64,000 nt of DNA from positions 14,504 to 78,503 of IMG/VR virus record IMGVR_UViG_3300031952_000007; one strand, 5' to 3'. The notes under the pieces are model-generated. The model did not search any database. It saw nothing but the letters and a program-made list of their open reading frames with translations, and was not told the origin of the DNA. This DNA is from a virus (Duplodnaviria; Heunggongvirae; Uroviricota; Caudoviricetes; Crassvirales). The position numbers and the translations under genes were made by a program. Positions 9,045 to 17,716 of the stretch are shown piece by piece (within the stretch, counting starts at the first letter, position 1; every line of letters begins with the position of its first letter).

Positions 9045-9350
9045 ATCCACTATAAAGAAATCAAACTCGTATTCTGTATATTTCTTTACAGAACTAAAGT
9101 TTACATATGTAATGTTGGGATTATTATATCCCCACAGCTCACATTCATTCATCCAGGTATCTCTAAGCTTGTTGTCTGGATAGGCAATTAGTAATGTACA
9201 ATCATAATCAAACTTCTTTTTAAGAATCTCAATTGTGGTTTTACATTTACCAAACCTCATTGCAAGATTTAGATATCCAGACTTATTCTTTTTGTAGAAT
9301 GTCAATGATTTCTTTACAAATTCATCCTGCAGTTTGTCTTGTACATTCAT
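9045..9350 (-). CDS. SF2 helicase, 5' exon (motifs I-II)
   Basis: Walker A-like AMRFGKCKTT; ends ...DFFIVD immediately before the intron. Spliced product reads ...FFIVD|EFHSAS..., i.e. the DExH box is completed across the junction. Confidence 0.65.
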
Positions 9351-9610
9351 TATACGTATTTTATAACATTACCTTCTGCATCTTTTAATGCAGTTACACT
9401 AAACAAACCATCATAATGCGTCATGATATTAGCATGAATACCATTTAAATCTGCTCCTGTTTGTACTCCCCACATCTGTAAGAACATATAGAATTCCTGT
9501 TGCCCTAACATTTGTTTATGTTTAGAAGCATCAAAGTTCTCTCTATAATGTTCATAGAGAATATTCGTGGGTGCATTACCTTTTAAGTGTATATAAGTTT
9601 CTTTGTCCAT
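9350..9610 (-). CDS. hypothetical protein (86 aa)
   Basis: Co-oriented ORF; ATGA overlap with helicase exon 1. Confidence 0.45.
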   Translation of the reverse strand: MDKETYIHLKGNAPTNILYEHYRENFDASKHKQMLGQQEFYMFLQMWGVQTGADLNGIHANIMTHYDGLFSVTALKDAEGNVIKYV

Positions 9611-9782
9611 TGTTAGTTATTATAAATGTAGCTGACCAAAATAACCATTCGAAATTCACAGCAATATAATCATCCACTCTATCTATGTTGTTAAGGATGC
9701 TAATTGTTGGAATTAATACCACTTGCCAAAATTTATCATTTTTACTTGGGAGGGTATTAAATGTTCCTACTTCTAATTTCAT
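9576..9782 (-). CDS. hypothetical protein (68 aa)
   Basis: Small ORF overlapping the previous one by 35 nt; hydrophobic centre. Confidence 0.35.
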   Translation of the reverse strand: MKLEVGTFNTLPSKNDKFWQVVLIPTISILNNIDRVDDYIAVNFEWLFWSATFIITNNGQRNLYTLKR

Positions 9783-9789
9783 ATTCTTT

Positions 9790-10854
9790 TTATTTGTTTA
9801 GAAAAAATGTTTTGTTTGTTACAGATGCATAATATGAATCTGTCATGTCCTTCTTTTTAGGTAGTTCTTTGAATATACCTAGTTGACCAAGAAAACCAAG
9901 TCCCACTCTAAGATCATCTGATCCATAAGAGTTCTTAATTAGTCTTAATGAACGAAAGTATTTAGCACCGAATTCATCTCTAAGCTTGTTAAGATCATAT
10001 CCAGAAGGATCTGGAACCTTATATCTCATAGGATCAAATAGAGCTAATACAACATCTGCGTCATTTTGTGTAGAAGAACTCTCACTGAAATCCTCTAGCT
10101 GTGGTTCTACATCACCATTTTTTATCCTAATAGGATTAGATATAGATCTGTTAAACTGACTCACAACAACAGGAGTGTAACCAAAGAAATCTCTTGCATA
10201 TCTGAGCTCATCACTCATCTTATCAATAGCTTCCTTCTTAGTTGGTTGATCTTTTGTTGTTTTCAATAGACCAATGTGATCTATAACAACAATAGTAACT
10301 TCGTTCTCATTATTGGGAATATAACGTTTGTTGTATTTGTCTATCTCTTCTATACGACCATTCTGTAAAGCGTGTTCTTTTAGCTCTTTAGCTATACCTA
10401 CAGGATTCTCTGGACCATCTATTACAGTGATCACCTCTTTCATTTGATTAGCATAATCTTCATACATAAGAAATAAGTCATGTTCATCACTAGTCATCTT
10501 ATCTGTCCAACCCAACAGCTTGTTCACTGGAATAATCACACCATGATCTATAAAGATCTTACGAGATATCCACTTTGCAAGCTTATAAGTTCCACTTCTC
10601 TCCATAGAGCGATAGATGATCCTTAGCTTAACATCAGATTTATTCTTATCAGAGATGTACCAATCAAATGGATTAAGAACATAAGCATCATCAATAAAAG
10701 ATGTTTTGCCTGAACCAGTGTTACCACCTATAAGAGTGTACATACCTTTTCTAATACCTATGTGCTTATCAAGTCTATTGAATCCCATAGGAACACTATC
10801 GTTTCTACCAGCAATACCTTTTGCTACTTCTGCTTTTAATTGTTCAAAACTCAT
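9790..10854 (-). CDS. DnaB-family replicative DNA helicase (RecA-fold C-terminal domain)
   Basis: Walker A GGNTGSGKTSF, Walker B VIDHIGLL, SQFNR and DADVVLALF motifs in DnaB/T7 gp4-helicase order. Confidence 0.7.
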   Translation of the reverse strand: MSFEQLKAEVAKGIAGRNDSVPMGFNRLDKHIGIRKGMYTLIGGNTGSGKTSFIDDAYVLNPFDWYISDKNKSDVKLRIIYRSMERSGTYKLAKWISRKIFIDHGVIIPVNKLLGWTDKMTSDEHDLFLMYEDYANQMKEVITVIDGPENPVGIAKELKEHALQNGRIEEIDKYNKRYIPNNENEVTIVVIDHIGLLKTTKDQPTKKEAIDKMSDELRYARDFFGYTPVVVSQFNRSISNPIRIKNGDVEPQLEDFSESSSTQNDADVVLALFDPMRYKVPDPSGYDLNKLRDEFGAKYFRSLRLIKNSYGSDDLRVGLGFLGQLGIFKELPKKKDMTDSYYASVTNKTFFLNK

Positions 10855-10864
10855 AATGTTAATG

Positions 10865-11497
10865 TTAAATGTCTGTACTGCCTTCTATTATTTGATGTGT
10901 CTCAATTTTAACACCCTCTTTAATCAACTCAATAAATGGCTCAAAAGTTCTTTGATTAAGATAGGTGAGTGAATTCTGCATGTATGTCATTCTATTCACT
11001 CCTGTCTTTACAGAACTTTCTTTCTTCTGAACCACCTCATAAGCCAATGCTTCAACCAATTCTTCAATGGTGTATTCACCCTCTTCAAGAATCTTATCAA
11101 GTTTAATCTTACAGTCATCTTTCTTTGCTCTTAGATTTCTACTACCTGAAAATGATTTACCACTATGTACAAAAGTATCAGTGCCTGGATATGTCTTCCA
11201 CCAGAGAGAGAATGCATCATCAGTTGGTTTTTTCTTGATGATGACATCCTCTTCATCTTGTGTTTCTAGAAACTTAATAAGCTCTTTACCAGACAATGTA
11301 AGCTTTCCTTCTGTTGTAACTAACCCCTTTCTATATATTCCCTGATAGATCGCTTCTATCTTAGGAACCTCTTGACATAACACTTTTACATCTGCTTGTT
11401 CCTCAACAATCAAGTTAAGGATAAATAACATGTCTAAGGTATATCCTTTTCTTTGAATTTCTCTAAAATGGGAGAACGTTAGCTTTGATAGATCCAT
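10865..11497 (-). CDS. hypothetical protein (210 aa)
   Basis: Co-oriented ORF directly downstream of the DnaB-like gene. Confidence 0.5.
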   Translation of the reverse strand: MDLSKLTFSHFREIQRKGYTLDMLFILNLIVEEQADVKVLCQEVPKIEAIYQGIYRKGLVTTEGKLTLSGKELIKFLETQDEEDVIIKKKPTDDAFSLWWKTYPGTDTFVHSGKSFSGSRNLRAKKDDCKIKLDKILEEGEYTIEELVEALAYEVVQKKESSVKTGVNRMTYMQNSLTYLNQRTFEPFIELIKEGVKIETHQIIEGSTDI

Positions 11498-11678
11498 TTT
11501 CTAATATTTTATCCTTGTCTATTACTATAATCTTTGCAGGTTTTCTATTTATGTAATCGTAATGCTCCTGCTCAATCCTTAATTGCTCTTCTAGCAAATA
11601 CATCTCATACTTTAGGTGTTCATGTTCCCAATCTTCATTTCTCATCTTCTTTGTAATTTTCATTAAATAAATCTTCAC
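11463..11678 (-). CDS. hypothetical protein (71 aa)
   Basis: Small ORF, 35-nt overlap with the downstream gene. Confidence 0.35.
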   Translation of the reverse strand: MKIYLMKITKKMRNEDWEHEHLKYEMYLLEEQLRIEQEHYDYINRKPAKIIVIDKDKILENGSIKANVLPF

Positions 11679-11805
11679 CTTTGTAATCTGGATGTTCTTT
11701 TTGCATCTTATCTATTCCTCTTACCCATAATGCTGCTATTGGTGCTGTAATCACCACTATTATTCCTATCACTTGTAATTTGTTTAAAATTGTTAATAAC
11801 ATAAT

Positions 11806-12057
11806 TTAATCTTTTACTCTTAAACCAAACTGAAGATCGAACCAGTCGAATGTACTTCTTGCTTTGGTTTTGTTAAACTTAAATACTTTTTGTAACACAG
11901 GAATAGCATAAGCTTTGAATTGGTCATGCTGTTCCTGTGTAAGTGTCCAATTGAAGAACCACATGTCATCTTTGAGAGCTTCTGCCATAGTTTTACCAAC
12001 CATTTTTAGTTGGTATTCCATTAAATGATCTGAAACGTTTAATCTGTTAATTGCCAT
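11806..12057 (-). CDS. hypothetical protein (83 aa)
   Basis: Small co-oriented ORF. Confidence 0.45.
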   Translation of the reverse strand: MAINRLNVSDHLMEYQLKMVGKTMAEALKDDMWFFNWTLTQEQHDQFKAYAIPVLQKVFKFNKTKARSTFDWFDLQFGLRVKD

Positions 12058-12102
12058 TGTATATATATTTTATATACAAAGATACGACAATTAATTATTT
12101 TA

Positions 12103-13083
12103 TTAAAACATGGAGATTTGATTTGGATTTACAACCACTTTTCTCTTCTTACCTTCTGTCTGAATCTTACTAACTATTGTATTACACTTCTCAATGTAAT
12201 ATTCATAATTGATATTATCCATAGGATGATCTTTAGTTAAGTGGTTACAAACTGTGCACATCCACTCACCAGCTTCCACTTGTGATATTGGTGGAGCATT
12301 AGTTACACAGCTATCGTTTTTTACTTTAAGAAGCTTCACTCCTTTATTTGATACATAATAACGAATGAGTTTATTATAGATAAACTTCTCACCTGTGCCT
12401 CTAACTATACCCTCATAATGGAAATCTCTCGAAGCTTTTTGTCTTAACGCAAAGTCATAGATGTTAGAATGATTCCTAACAGTATGCTCAATAGGTATAT
12501 TATTAACAAAATATTGTTCGAGAGCCAATGGTACAATCCTGGCTGATTTGTTTTTATGTAATTCAAAATCTGTGAGGAAATCCCCTTTCTTTTTAATTTC
12601 GCCATCTGTTTTAATTGCTAAGTAGTCATTAACTGTTGAGAATATAATCTTTTGATAGTCTGTTCTTTCCAATTCATAACTTGTCAGCTCTTGCCACCAA
12701 GTATTAATTGAATTCATTAGAGCTAAGTCTGTCTTTTTAACCATTATAGTTACACCATCTGTATTAGCAGATATAACATGAATATTATTAGTTTCATACT
12801 TCTCAATCAACATCATTAGACTCAACTCACCAGTGATACAAGTGAACATTGTAAGTTGCTTATCATAAATCCAGCTCTGCATGTCAGAACTCTTGCCATA
12901 AACACTGTTTACAGCTAATTTAAGAGCACCTACAATACCCTTGATCTTCTTATCCTTCTTAGCTAATGGTTTAAGCTCCAACCTCTTATCAAACATTTGC
13001 TTGTATCCATTAAGAAACTCTTTACCTAGATGTCCTGGATATTGCTCATTGTTAATGATGATGGCTGGATAGTATGCATCCCA
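12103..13083 (-). CDS. family-B DNA polymerase, 3' exon (polymerase motifs A-part, B, C)
   Basis: KLAVNSVYGK (Kx3NSxYG, motif B) and ISANTDGVTIM (DTD-type motif C). The annotated start is a TTG; the sequence WDAYYPAIII at the exon start completes motif A. Exon boundary is approximate (+/-7 nt). Confidence 0.7.
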   Translation of the reverse strand, partial: WDAYYPAIIINNEQYPGHLGKEFLNGYKQMFDKRLELKPLAKKDKKIKGIVGALKLAVNSVYGKSSDMQSWIYDKQLTMFTCITGELSLMMLIEKYETNNIHVISANTDGVTIMVKKTDLALMNSINTWWQELTSYELERTDYQKIIFSTVNDYLAIKTDGEIKKKGDFLTDFELHKNKSARIVPLALEQYFVNNIPIEHTVRNHSNIYDFALRQKASRDFHYEGIVRGTGEKFIYNKLIRYYVSNKGVKLLKVKNDSCVTNAPPISQVEAGEWMCTVCNHLTKDHPMDNINYEYYIEKCNTIVSKIQTEGKKRKVVVNPNQISMF

Positions 13084-14041
13084 GCCTCTGTAATCTTTCA
13101 ATTACAGCTGGACTATATCATCATTTAACTTTTAATTCTTTTTCCCAAATAAACCCATACATTGAAGGTTTGTTACCTGAACACACTGAATATATTTGTT
13201 GCCATTTATAAGAAGGATTTATTTCAGTTATTTCTTTTACTGAACCCCATTTTCTTATAAACTGTCTATCTTTTGTGTACTGATTGATATAATATTTAAC
13301 AGTTGCTTCTGAAACTTTTTTTGCCATTTCTTTAGTAGCCTCTGGATTATCTTTCCAATAAGTATGACTAACTTTTAGTCTTTCTTTTGGATCTTTATAT
13401 CTATTAATCTGAGCTTCACTGAGTTTTTTTCTTGTTTCTTTTGAAACAATGCAACTAGTTTCTGAATCTAATCTAATATTATATCCTTTGTCTCTATTAG
13501 TACATTTATAAACTCTTTGCCAATATAATTCTCGTTCCTTTAACTGGTCTAATTGTACAAATTCTATTACAAAATATTCAAAGTTTTCTCTTCCGTATTT
13601 ATGCCAAGCATTTATAAAATGGTCATTTTCATCTTTACTTCTTTTATTAAGAAGATTAATGTGTTGTCTGATTCTTCTATAAATACATTTAGCTTTTCCA
13701 ATATAAACTTTGCTATTTGTTTTATTTCTTATACAATATATTCCACTTTGGTCTAAATGTTCTTTTCTATTCAATTTCATGCTACAAATATATGTAATTA
13801 CATGGATAGAACCAAGACACTTATATTAATTAATTGTTAAATGTTCCCTGTTTAGTCTCTGAACCTTGATCTATTTCACTATAGACCCTTGGCTGCGGAT
13901 TGTCCAATCTTAATCTTTTTTACCATACCTGAGTAATTACTTCAGCCATTATATGTATTTCTACTATAACTTGGTAGATTAAGCTCTAAGGAGATCCCCG
14001 TCAATTTAAGGAATTTTAGTTACGCCATAGTATTAACGAAA
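13084..14041 (-). mobile_element. group I intron inside the DNA polymerase gene, carrying a GIY-YIG HEG
   Basis: Minus-strand P AAAUUGACGGGGAUCUCC (+13985..14010), Q AAUCCGCAGCCAAGGG, R GUUCAGAGACUA, S GAUGAUAUAGUCCAG (+13110..13123) and a P9 hairpin (+13088..13107). The heptamer TGGGATG occurs at both exon edges, so the exact splice point is ambiguous within 7 nt. Confidence 0.65.
13121..13780 (-). CDS. GIY-YIG homing endonuclease (intron-encoded)
   Basis: SGIYCIRNKTNSKVYIGKA (GIY...YIG), then R..H, FEYFVIE and ELYW motifs. The stop codon overlaps the S element of intron 2. Confidence 0.8.
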   Translation of the reverse strand: MKLNRKEHLDQSGIYCIRNKTNSKVYIGKAKCIYRRIRQHINLLNKRSKDENDHFINAWHKYGRENFEYFVIEFVQLDQLKERELYWQRVYKCTNRDKGYNIRLDSETSCIVSKETRKKLSEAQINRYKDPKERLKVSHTYWKDNPEATKEMAKKVSEATVKYYINQYTKDRQFIRKWGSVKEITEINPSYKWQQIYSVCSGNKPSMYGFIWEKELKVK

Positions 14042-15020
14042 CATCCCAATCAATGATTTCATACTCATCATCAGCATCAAATGTTTTAGGCTTGTTCTCT
14101 GTATGAAGACCACCTTTCATGAAAGAATACACATTATTATAAAAGTTTATGCTCTCTTTAAAATCATCCATCATCTTAAGCTTAACCTTCTTAATCTTTT
14201 TCAAGAAGTCTTTTAGCTGTGGAGTTTCAAACACTACATAATCAGCAATACAATGTCTAACGAAGATTTCCTTCCTGAACTTACCTTTTTTTGGTAATTG
14301 ACTGTATTTGATGTTCCTCTCTTGACAATAGAACTTCTTAATCATCTCATCACCAATCTTACTGTCAGAATAATTCAAACATGGAATATTAAACTCTTCT
14401 TGAATGTCCTGTCTAAGTTGTATCTGATTGTTTCCTTTGTATAAAGGATGTTCACAGTCACCAATAGTAATCTTGTAGAACTCATAAGTGGCCATAACAT
14501 CATTCCTACAATAGTCTTTAGTCATTTGAATTTCTTCATCTGTCATATCAACCTTTGTATGATGAATAGGCATCTCTTCAATGTTCTCAAGATCCATCTC
14601 AAACTCCAGTCTCTTTAGACTCACCATACGATTCTTATTATCGTAGTGGTTCACCTTGAATACATCAATTTGTTTAAGACTAAGATCAGCTTCTCTGTAT
14701 TTAGGCATTACATCATAATTAGCATCATGAATAACATCTCCTGCATTAACAGCAATCTTAGCACAAATATCAAGATAGCTTAAAGAACCCCATTCTTCAT
14801 AGCTTTTAAGGATGAATTCAATCACTTGACTGTCAAACCTAAGATTGTTATACCCAACCCAATAATGGTCCTTATAAGCCTCTGTGAACCTCACAAAGCT
14901 ATCAAGATTATTAGCAAGCTTACTCACTTCAAACTCAAAATATATGTCTGTTTTTACATCATAAACTCCTACAAGAAATAGTTCTTGCATAGTTTCTATG
15001 TCAAATATTAATACTTTCAT
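14042..15020 (-). CDS. family-B DNA polymerase, 5' exon (3'-5' exonuclease domain)
   Basis: Exo I LIFDIET, Exo II YNNLRFDSQVIEF, Exo III YCRNDVMATYEFY. Ends ...YEIIDW(D) at the intron; inferred spliced junction is ...EIIDWDAYYPAIII (motif A, DxxSLYPSII-like). Confidence 0.7.
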
Positions 15021-15213
15021 AACTTTTCTTACTTGGGTCTACAAAGGTAACACCTTTTGTGATAATTTCAACTAATGTTGAGTATTCTTTTGAACGTAAA
15101 ACACCTTCTAAATTCTCGTTATTCCAATAGTCTACATAAAGTTCTCTTGGAATCGCATTCCATAATCCCTTATAGAAATTATAATGAAATACATAGCCAT
15201 ACAATTTATCCAT
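15001..15213 (-). CDS. hypothetical protein (70 aa)
   Basis: Small co-oriented ORF. Confidence 0.4.
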   Translation of the reverse strand: MDKLYGYVFHYNFYKGLWNAIPRELYVDYWNNENLEGVLRSKEYSTLVEIITKGVTFVDPSKKSYESINI

Positions 15214-15224
15214 ATTAATTTGTT

Positions 15225-15527
15225 TTATAAAGTTTCCTTATTTGGAAACTCTTTTTTATAATCTACTTCCCAAACATTTGCTTTTTGTACAGTTGGAATA
15301 CCTTCCAAACCCATAAAACTCTTAACTTCATATGAAATTGTTCCAACAAAATCACTGCCTCCATATTTATGTTCATAAGGCTTCCATTCTAATCTTTTAC
15401 CAGTGTTATTGTATTCTATTGTTGCTCCATAATAATTATCAGTGATGTAAAACACACCTTCTAATGTATCTGCTGCACCTATTGGTTGATTATCATCAGC
15501 ATCTGTAATTACATATACTACTTGCAT
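15225..15527 (-). CDS. hypothetical protein (100 aa)
   Basis: Co-oriented ORF. Confidence 0.5.
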   Translation of the reverse strand: MQVVYVITDADDNQPIGAADTLEGVFYITDNYYGATIEYNNTGKRLEWKPYEHKYGGSDFVGTISYEVKSFMGLEGIPTVQKANVWEVDYKKEFPNKETL

Positions 15528-15546
15528 TATTTCTTGTTTTTGTTAA

Positions 15547-15879
15547 TTATAATTTTCTTTCTGATTCCCATTCTGATATAACAAATTCTAATTTAAGCTT
15601 TGCCAAATTCCATTTCTTAGTTCTCCATGCTTGAGCTTGAAATCCACCACTACCAGAAATCCATCCTATATCTGCATGTTCTGTGTTGTCTGGATCTGTA
15701 GCTTGTTCAATAGCACTGTGTAAGTTACGAGTGGCACATTGTACTAATTCTTTACGAGTGGGTGTGTCTTTACTTCCAGCCCATCTCCAATTTAAATCAT
15801 ACATTACTTTTACCACCTTATCAAAATCAAAATTCTCAATGATTTGATCTATCATTTCTTGCTGTGTGTATTTCTTCAT
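15547..15879 (-). CDS. hypothetical protein (110 aa)
   Basis: Co-oriented ORF. Confidence 0.5.
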   Translation of the reverse strand: MKKYTQQEMIDQIIENFDFDKVVKVMYDLNWRWAGSKDTPTRKELVQCATRNLHSAIEQATDPDNTEHADIGWISGSGGFQAQAWRTKKWNLAKLKLEFVISEWESERKL

Positions 15880-16070
15880 AAGTTTTCTATCTCTTGTTTT
15901 ACATCAAACCAATAATCATCATTAATAACATAACCACTCTCTGGAATTGCTTTTATTATCTCATCTATTGCTATCAATACACAATCTTTGGCTTTTCTCT
16001 TGCTTTCTATGTATGTAAGAAGCTCATCGTATTTTATTAATAGTTCTACTGCTTTCTCTTTTGCTGTCAT
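15876..16070 (-). CDS. hypothetical protein (64 aa)
   Basis: ATGA overlap with the upstream gene. Confidence 0.45.
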   Translation of the reverse strand: MTAKEKAVELLIKYDELLTYIESKRKAKDCVLIAIDEIIKAIPESGYVINDDYWFDVKQEIENL

Positions 16071-16072
16071 AA

Positions 16073-16312
16073 CTAATCTTTTTTAAATGTTTCTTGATAA
16101 AACTGTTCTCCACAATTTTCTTCATCAATCATTGGAGATTGATTAATATATCCATTATACCAAGCATTTATTATCTCTTGATTGTGCATTACTTTTGCTT
16201 GCTCAAATATATTAAATTGAACTATTGTGCTTTTTCTTTCTATATCTTTAATAAGACGGTAATAGTGTATTGATTTTTTTAATTCATTTTCTAACCATTC
16301 TACTGATGTCAT
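16073..16312 (-). CDS. hypothetical protein (79 aa), paralog of 16309..16488
   Basis: N-terminus MTSVEWLENELKK matches the neighbouring small ORF (MTAIEWLEEQL). Confidence 0.5.
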   Translation of the reverse strand: MTSVEWLENELKKSIHYYRLIKDIERKSTIVQFNIFEQAKVMHNQEIINAWYNGYINQSPMIDEENCGEQFYQETFKKD

Positions 16313-16488
16313 AATTCTTTTTTATATTTCAGTTTATAATATTGTTCACCTGTTTCTGCTAAAAATCCCCATGTAGCAGCATCTGTTATCTGTTCTTTTT
16401 CTTTCTCTTTAGCTTCTTTGATTTCACTGTACATACTATTCTTAATACGTATAGGTAATTGTTCTTCTAACCATTCAATTGCTGTCAT
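16309..16488 (-). CDS. hypothetical protein (59 aa), tandem paralog
   Basis: Unlisted ORF (below the 60-aa cutoff): ATG at 16488, MTAIEWLEEQLPIRIKNSMYSEIKEAKEKEKEQITDAATWGFLAETGEQYYKLKYKKEL, stop overlapping the ATG of 16312 (ATGA). Confidence 0.4.
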   Translation of the reverse strand: MTAIEWLEEQLPIRIKNSMYSEIKEAKEKEKEQITDAATWGFLAETGEQYYKLKYKKEL

Positions 16489-16507
16489 GTTTTTATATTT
16501 TAATTTT

Positions 16508-16551
16508 AACTTGGTCCCAACTTAGTCCCAACTTGGTGCCAACTTAGTGCT
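16508..16551. repeat. four tandem 11-bp direct repeats AACTT(G/A)GT(C/G)CC
   Basis: aacttggtccc / aacttagtccc / aacttggtgcc / aacttagtgc read directly in the sequence, in the intergenic region between 16488 and 16647. Confidence 0.8.
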
Positions 16552-16646
16552 TTATACTTCATAGTAAGAATGTAAGATTGAAACTAACTGGAAGTATAGA
16601 AAACCATACTAACACTTAAAGGCTTAAGTGAAAATATAACTGGTAA

Positions 16647-16847
16647 TTAGCTACTCAAATTGTCTTGTTTTGCTACTTTTAAAGAACAATCTTCACAATA
16701 TTGTGGATCTAGATGTCCATTACCTCTTGCAAAATTAGCTTCTTCATCTGTAAATTCAAACCCCACCTTAATTATCTTACTGCATTTTATGTTGGAGCAT
16801 AAAATTGCTAAATGTCCACTATTCCATTTCACTCTTGCTTTCTCCAT
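16647..16847 (-). CDS. small zinc-ribbon protein (66 aa)
   Basis: Two Cys pairs, CSNIKC and CEDC, in a 66-aa ORF. Confidence 0.45.
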   Translation of the reverse strand: MEKARVKWNSGHLAILCSNIKCSKIIKVGFEFTDEEANFARGNGHLDPQYCEDCSLKVAKQDNLSS

Positions 16848-16932
16848 AACTTATAAGTTTAAAATGTTAATTAATTAGTTAACCCAAAAGATAACAAAAA
16901 TGGGTTACATCTTTACGATATAACTTAAAATG

Positions 16933-17002
16933 CAGTTAGGATGTGAATCGAACACACTATCTCCCTTATGATCAGTTGCATTATCCAACATGCTCCCTAA
17001 CT
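16933..17002 (-). ncRNA. tRNA-like element (possible degenerate tRNA)
   Basis: Minus strand has a perfect 7-bp acceptor pairing (AGUUAGG / CCUAACU), a D-arm GCAU-GUUGGAUA-AUGC, and a canonical T-arm GUGUG-UUCGAUU-CACAU. No canonical anticodon stem could be built by eye. Confidence 0.2.
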
Positions 17003-17144
17003 ATATGCAACTAATACCCCTGTAGTTGCCACATGCTAACTTACGATTTAGCGAGATAAGTGTGCTTCGTAATCCTTTTTGATTAGCTATCTCAAGGCAA
17101 TTAGAGAGGCATTCTCTGTCTTTCGATCCTCTGGCCAATAGAGG

Positions 17145-17405
17145 CTAATTTATTCCAAATAGAAACTTAAAACATGATTTATAAATAAACCATTTACCTT
17201 TTAATGGTTTATCCCAATTGTAATTTCTATCTAGCTTATGATATGATGTTTCTAAGAAATCATCTTCCCATGCTTCTTTAGAAACAGCAAAATCTATAAA
17301 TGCCATTTCTAATATTACTTCATAATGGAAATAATATCCCAAAAACCATCCTTCAGCTTCATAAGGAGATTCAACAGTTGGTTTTTTTCTCCAATATATA
17401 ATCAT
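17145..17405 (-). CDS. hypothetical protein (86 aa)
   Basis: Co-oriented ORF, ATGA overlap with the upstream ORF. Confidence 0.45.
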   Translation of the reverse strand: MIIYWRKKPTVESPYEAEGWFLGYYFHYEVILEMAFIDFAVSKEAWEDDFLETSYHKLDRNYNWDKPLKGKWFIYKSCFKFLFGIN

Positions 17406-17680
17406 TTTGTTTCTTTTACAAATCTGAATGCAACAAGTCTATTGTTGTATTCAAATCTACGTTTATTAATAGGGTTTAAACTGTTCATCATCACTTCATA
17501 ACTAACCTTTACAGTTTTCATAGCTGAAGTGATAGATGGTAGGACAATCTCCTCTTTAGTATCTATAAAGATCATTCTGATCTCTCTAGAATTGTCATAA
17601 GTCACTTTGTTCATTGCTTCTAGTTTTAAATTAATAATGTGGAGGTGCAGGGAGTCGCATAATGTGGATATCTTAAACAA
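17402..17680 (-). CDS. hypothetical protein; probably the 3' exon of an intron-interrupted gene
   Basis: Annotated start is TTG. The frame stays open upstream to 17716, immediately after the S element of intron 3. Confidence 0.4.
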   Translation of the reverse strand: MFKISTLCDSLHLHIINLKLEAMNKVTYDNSREIRMIFIDTKEEIVLPSITSAMKTVKVSYEVMMNSLNPINKRRFEYNNRLVAFRFVKETK

Positions 17681-17716
17681 ACTTACAAAGAACCACTGCC
17701 CATGTTGCCATGAGGA

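Noticed and set aside
9350-9782. Programmed frameshift joining the overlapping ORFs 9576..9782 and 9350..9610
   Set aside because: No slippery heptamer or downstream structure noticed at the 35-nt overlap; treated as two short genes.
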